Source: Macrostomum lignano
Lineage: Eukaryota
NCBI GenBank assembly: GCA_002269645.1
Contig: NIVC01000628.1
Coordinates: 248,001-312,000, forward strand
Reading direction: 5' to 3'
DNA: 64,000 nucleotides
The notes under the pieces are model-generated. The model worked only from the letters and a program-made list of their open reading frames with translations. It was not told the DNA's origin and ran no database searches. Below, piece by piece: positions 58,845 to 64,000 of the stretch. The first letter of the stretch is position 1, and each line of letters opens with the position of its first letter. Made by a program: the position numbers and the translations under genes.

Positions 58845-60770
58845 TAATCCATATTACACAGAGGATGCCCATATTACACAGAAATATACGCATATTACAC
58901 AGAAATATACCCATATTACACACAGAGGATACCCCTATTACACACAGAGGATACCCCTATTACACACAGAGGATGCCCCTATTACACACAGAGGATACCT
59001 CTATTACACACAGAGGATACCCCTATTACACACAGAGGATGCCCCTATTACACACAGAGGATACCTCTATTACACACAGAGGATACCTCTATTACACACA
59101 GAGGATACCCCTATTACACACAGAGGATGCCCCTATTACACACAGAGGATACCTCTATTACACACAGAGGATACCCCTATTACACACAGAGGATATCCCT
59201 ATTACACACAGAGGATATCCCTATTACACACAGAGGATACCTCTATTACACACAGAGGATACCCCTATTACACACAGAGGATATCCCTATTACACACAGA
59301 GGATATCCCTATTACACACAGAGGATACCCCTATTACACACAGAGGATACCTCTATTACACACAGAGGATACCCCTATTACACACAGAGGATACCCCTAT
59401 TACACACAGAGGATGCCCCTATTACACACAGAGGATACCCCTATTACACACAGAGGATACCCCTATTACACACAGAGGATACCTCTATTACACACAGAGG
59501 ATATCCCTATAACACACAGAGGATATCCCTATTAAACACAGAGGATACCCCTATTACACACAGGGGATACCTCTATTACACACAGAGGATACCCCTATTA
59601 CACACAGAGGATACCCCTATTACACACAGAGGATACCCCTATTACACACAGAGGATACCCCTATTACACACAGGGGATACCTCTATTACACACAGAGGAT
59701 ATCCCTATTACACACAGAGGATATCCCTATTAAACACAGAGGATACCCCTATTACACACAGGGGATACCTCTATTACACACAGAGGATACCCCTATTACA
59801 CACAGAGGATACCCCTATTACACACAGAGGATACCCCTATTACACACAGGGGATACCTCTATTACACACAGAGGATATCCCTATTACACACAGAGGATAT
59901 CCCTATTAAACACAGAGGATACCCCTATTACACACAGGGGATACCTCTATTACACACAGAGGATACCCCTATTACACACAGAGGATACCCCTATTACACA
60001 CAGAGGATACCCCTATTACACACAGAGGATACCCCTATTACACACAGGGGATACCTCTATTACACACAGAGGATATCCCTATTACACACAGAGGATATCC
60101 CTATTAAACACAGAGGATACCCCTATTACACACAGGGGATACCTCTATTACACACAGAGGATACCCCTATTACACACAGAGGATACCCCTATTACACACA
60201 GAGGATACCCCTATTACACACAGAGGATACCCCTATTACACACAGGGGATACCTCTATTACACACAGAGGATATCCCTATTACACACAGAGGATATCCCT
60301 ATTAAACACAGAGGATACCCCTATTACACACAGGGGATACCTCTATTACACACAGAGGATACCCCTATTACACACAGAGGATACCCCTATTACACACAGA
60401 GGATGCCCCTATTACACACAGAGGATACCCCTATTACACACAGGGGATACCTCTATTACACACAGAGGATACCTCTATTACACACAGAGGATGCCCCTAT
60501 TACACACAGAGGATGCCCCTATTACACACAGAGGATGCCCCTATTACACACAGAGGATGCCCCTATTACACACAGAGGATGCCCCTATTACACACAGAGG
60601 ATGCCCCTATTACACACAGAGGATGCCCCTATTACACACAGAGGATATCCCTATTACACACAGAGGATACCCATATTACACACAGAGGATACCCCTATTA
60701 CACACAGGGGATACCCCTATTACACACAGAGGATACCCCTATTACACACAGAGGATACCCATATCACACA
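58845..60770. repeat. 22-bp minisatellite (CCCTATTACACACAGAGGATAC)n
   Basis: About 87 units; ends about 30 nt from the Skp1 stop codon. Confidence 0.98.
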
Positions 60771-60798
60771 GAGCACAAGCAGGTTATTGGACAAAGTG

Positions 60799-61057
60799 TT
60801 ATTTCTCTTCGCACCACTCGGTCTCCCGGCGCACCTGCTCTTCCTCCTGCGGCGTGAAGTCGCATCGAATGTTGAACGCCTTACGGATTTCTTCCGGACT
60901 TCGCCCTCTAATAGCGTCAGCAACTGCTTTGCACGCCGTGTCGAGCAGGCCTCGAATATCCAGATAGTTGGCAGCTTGGATCAACTCGAACAGGGCCGAT
61001 TGATCCATGCGAAGGAATTCGGCGTCCCGGCTGGATAGCTGCTGCGGCTGCAGGTCT
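60799..61057 (-). CDS. skp1: Skp1-family protein (165 aa), exon 2
   Basis: Acceptor CCACCACGCAG|A, phase 2; [75 protein letters not shown]-stop. Confidence 0.92.
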
Positions 61058-61114
61058 CTGCGTGGTGGATTACAGGCTTCCTAGATATAGGTAAGCAGAC
61101 AGACTCCTAGGTCT

Positions 61115-61695
61115 TCTCGCAGACACCCAAGTCCTCCCATAGACACCCAAGTCCTCCCATAAAGACACCCAAGTCCTCCAATAAAGAACCCAAGTCCTCC
61201 CATAAAGACACTCAAGTCCTCCCATAAAGACACCCAAGTCCTCCCATAAAGACACCCAAGTCCTCCCAGAGACACCCAAGTCCTCCTATAGACACCCACA
61301 TCCTCGCAGACACCCAAGTCCTCCCAGACACACCCAAGTCCTCCCATAGACACCCAAGTCCTCCCATAGACACCCAAGTCCTCCCATAGACACACCAAGT
61401 CCTCCCATATAGACACCCAAGTTCTCCCATAGACACCCACATCCTCGCAGACACCCAAGTCCTCCCAGACACACCCAAGTCCTCCCAGACACACCCAAGT
61501 CCTCCCATAGACACCCAAGTCCTCCCATAGACACCCAAGTCCTCCCATAGACACCCAAGTCCTCCCATAGACACACCAAGTCCTCCCATATAGACACCCA
61601 AGTTCTCCCATAGACACCCACATCCTCGCAGACACCCAAGTCCTCCCATAGACACCCAAGTCCTCCCACATAGACACCTAAGTCCTTCCATAGTC
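61115..61695. repeat. 20-21-bp minisatellite (GACACCCAAGTCCTCCCATA)n filling the Skp1 intron
   Basis: Read directly. Confidence 0.96.
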
Positions 61696-61715
61696 TTCCC
61701 TGCAAGTCAGCTCAC

Positions 61716-61954
61716 CTGGCATTCTCGTCGTCCTCAGGTGGTGGCGGGTCGTCTTTGTGATGCGCACACCAGGCCATGGCTTTCCGAAGCGCGGCAGCGG
61801 TCACGTGAGGCAGGGGTATGGCCTCTTCGTCGTCGTCAATCTCCGTTACGCCGAGATCGTGCAGCATCGACCGCAGCAGCAGCGACTGCTTGGCGGTGTC
61901 GGCGTCAACTTCGACTATTTCGTTATCGACTGTTAGAAGCTTGATGCCGGGCAT
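61716..61954 (-). CDS. skp1: Skp1-family protein, exon 1 (POZ domain)
   Basis: MPGIKLLTVDNEIVEVDADTAKQSLLLRSMLHDLG...EAIPLPHVTAAALRKAMAWCAHHKDDPPPPEDDENA; donor GCCAG|GTGAG; 239+259 = 498 nt. Confidence 0.93.
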
Positions 61955-62074
61955 GGCCGTTCAAATAGCTGGAATCCAGTTTAAACATTTCGCTACTCAT
62001 AGTAGAGCACGCATAGATACCCACAAAACAGCGGACACAGCACTCCCTCCTCCCCTGACAGAAGCCACTAACAC

Positions 62075-62940
62075 ACTCTTACAGACACTAATGACCCTCC
62101 TACAGACACTAATGACCCTCCTACAGACACTAACGACCCTCCTACAGACACTAATGACCCTCCTACAGACACTAACGACCCTCCTACAGACACTAACGAC
62201 CCTCTTACAGACATCAATGACCCTCCTTCAGACACTAATGACCCTCCTACAGACACTAATGACCCTCCTATAGACACTAACGACCCTCCTACAGACACGA
62301 ATAACTCTCCTACAGACATCAATGACCCTCCTACAGACACTAATGACCTTCCTACAGACACGAATGACCCTCCTATAGACACGAATAACTCTCCTACAGA
62401 CATCAATGACCCTCCTACAGACACTAACGACCCTCCTACAGACACTAATGACCTTCCTACAGACACGAATGACCCTCGTACAGACACTAATGACCCTCCT
62501 ACAGACATCAATGACCCTCCTTCAGACACTATCCTACAGACACTAATGACCCTCCTACAGACATCAATGACCCTCCTACAGACACTAATGACCCTCCTAC
62601 AGACATCAATGACCCTCCTTCAGACACTAATGACCTTCCTACAGACACGAATGACCCTCCTATAGACACGAATAACTCTCCTACAGACATCAATGACCCT
62701 CCTACAGACACTAATGACCCTCCTACAGACATCAATGACCCTCCTTCAGACACTAATGACCTTCCTACAGACACGAATGACCCTCCTACAGACATCAATG
62801 ACCCTCCTACAGACACTAATGACCTTCCTACAGACACGAATGACCCTCCTACAGACACTAATGACCCTCCTACAGACATCAATGACCCTCCTTCAGACAC
62901 TAATGACCTTCCTACAGACACGAATGACCCTCCTACAGAC
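62075..62940. repeat. 21-bp minisatellite (GACACTAATGACCCTCCTACA)n upstream of Skp1
   Basis: About 41 units. Confidence 0.97.
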
Positions 62941-63465
62941 CCTCCTCAAAGGCGAAATAAAATAACGCAAGCAATCAACCATGGCATGGGATTAAAACAG
63001 ACGAACAAATTTAAAAACAAATTGCTGAACAAACGGGCAACAACAATAAATGAATTAGTTTTACAATAGTAATTATTTTGTATTTAATATTACACTTATA
63101 ATTAGCAGCGATGAAGAACAAAGTCGAATTTGACTATGGCGAATTAGCGAAGCAATAAAAATAGCCTTTTTTCACAGGAAGGGCTGATGCTGACGGTTGC
63201 AGAACGGGGAGTCTAACAATTAAACACATTATTAATGGACAATCAAAGCATAAAATCATAGAATTTTTAATTTACACCAATAAATCAATTCATTAGTTGT
63301 AGACTGTCAATTAACGCGAACAAGTTTGTAGGTTAAGAATACATTTAAGCACAAAAATTCAAAATATACTGGACTATGGGTATGGGTGCGACAACTGCTT
63401 GATTGTAACTGGCATGTGACGGTTTGTTGAAAGGGAGAAGATAAGAAGGGCAGGCTTGGCTGTCT

Positions 63466-64000
63466 CAAAATCTCATAGCTAAGCTGGCTGATAACCTCAA
63501 AATCTCATAGCTAAGCTGGCTGATAACCTCAAAATCTCATAGCTAAGCTGGCTGATAACCTCAAAATCTCATAGCTAAGCTGGCTGATAACCTCAAAATC
63601 TCATAGCTAAGCTGGCTGATAACCGCATAATCTCATAGCTAAGCTGGCTGATAACCTCGAAATCTCATAGCTAAGCTGGCTGATAACCGCAAAATCTCAT
63701 AGCTAAGCTGGCTGATAAGCGCAAAATCTCATAGCTAAGCTGGCTGATAACCGCAAAATCTCATAGCTAAGCTGGCTGATAACCGCAAAATCTCATAGCT
63801 AAGCTGGCTGATAACCTCAAAATCTCATAGCTAAGCTGGCTGATAACCTCAAAATCTCATAGCTAAGCTGGCTGATAACCTCAAAATCTCATAGCTAAGC
63901 TGGCTGATAACCTCAAAATCTCATAGCTAAGCTGGCTGATAACCTCAAAATCTCATAGCTAAGCTGGCTGATAACCTCAAAATCTCATAGCTAAGCTGGC
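63466..64000. repeat. 32-bp minisatellite (CAAAATCTCATAGCTAAGCTGGCTGATAACCT)n, runs off the window
   Basis: About 17 units. Confidence 0.97.

Noticed and set aside
60840-60860. Skp1 Pro in DFTP (the hydroxylated/glycosylated Pro143 site of Dictyostelium)
   Set aside because: Pro here is also common in invertebrate Skp1 proteins, so it is not informative.
58789-61038. PITHRGYPYYTQRIPLLHTEDT repeat ORFs
   Set aside because: Three 22-bp units give the 22-aa period in all frames; the tail is antisense to Skp1.

Overview
Animal (eukaryotic) genomic DNA with GT-AG spliced genes. Roughly 40-45% of the window, by my hand tally of array coordinates, is made of about 35 mostly unrelated micro/minisatellite arrays. 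This architecture, with GC-rich exons and almost every intron carrying its own private minisatellite, resembles the flatworm Macrostomum; that attribution is inference only. Gene models were built by hand from splice signals and phase consistency, with no transcript evidence. (1) The last coding exon of a DEG/ENaC channel (3-377, +). (2) A 5-exon gene of about 851 aa (4973-14312, +). It carries a His-Cys-box/His-Me-finger (HNH-like) homing-endonuclease-type zinc loop that has lost its metal-binding Asn, fused to a long disordered regulator-like tail. This is the top candidate for an undescribed, domesticated nuclease-fold regulator. (3) A 7-exon gene of about 577 aa (24923-54487, +) for an EVA-1/EVA1C-like type I membrane protein with two SUEL lectin domains. 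(4) A divergent 2-exon Skp1 paralog (60799-61954, -). Mobile DNA comprises a full-length piggyBac element with TTAA duplication and a D-to-N change at the first catalytic residue, a 375-bp Merlin/IS1595-type deletion derivative with perfect 21-bp inverted repeats, a tRNA-headed CORE-like SINE, and two copies of a second SINE. Several intronic arrays appear to be amplified from splice-site flanks. One presents about 45 acceptor-like units just before the transmembrane exon, and splicing to a unit's CAG would give an immediate stop codon. Most long ORFs in the supplied track are artefacts of tandem repeats. No CRISPR array, rRNA or intact tRNA gene was found.
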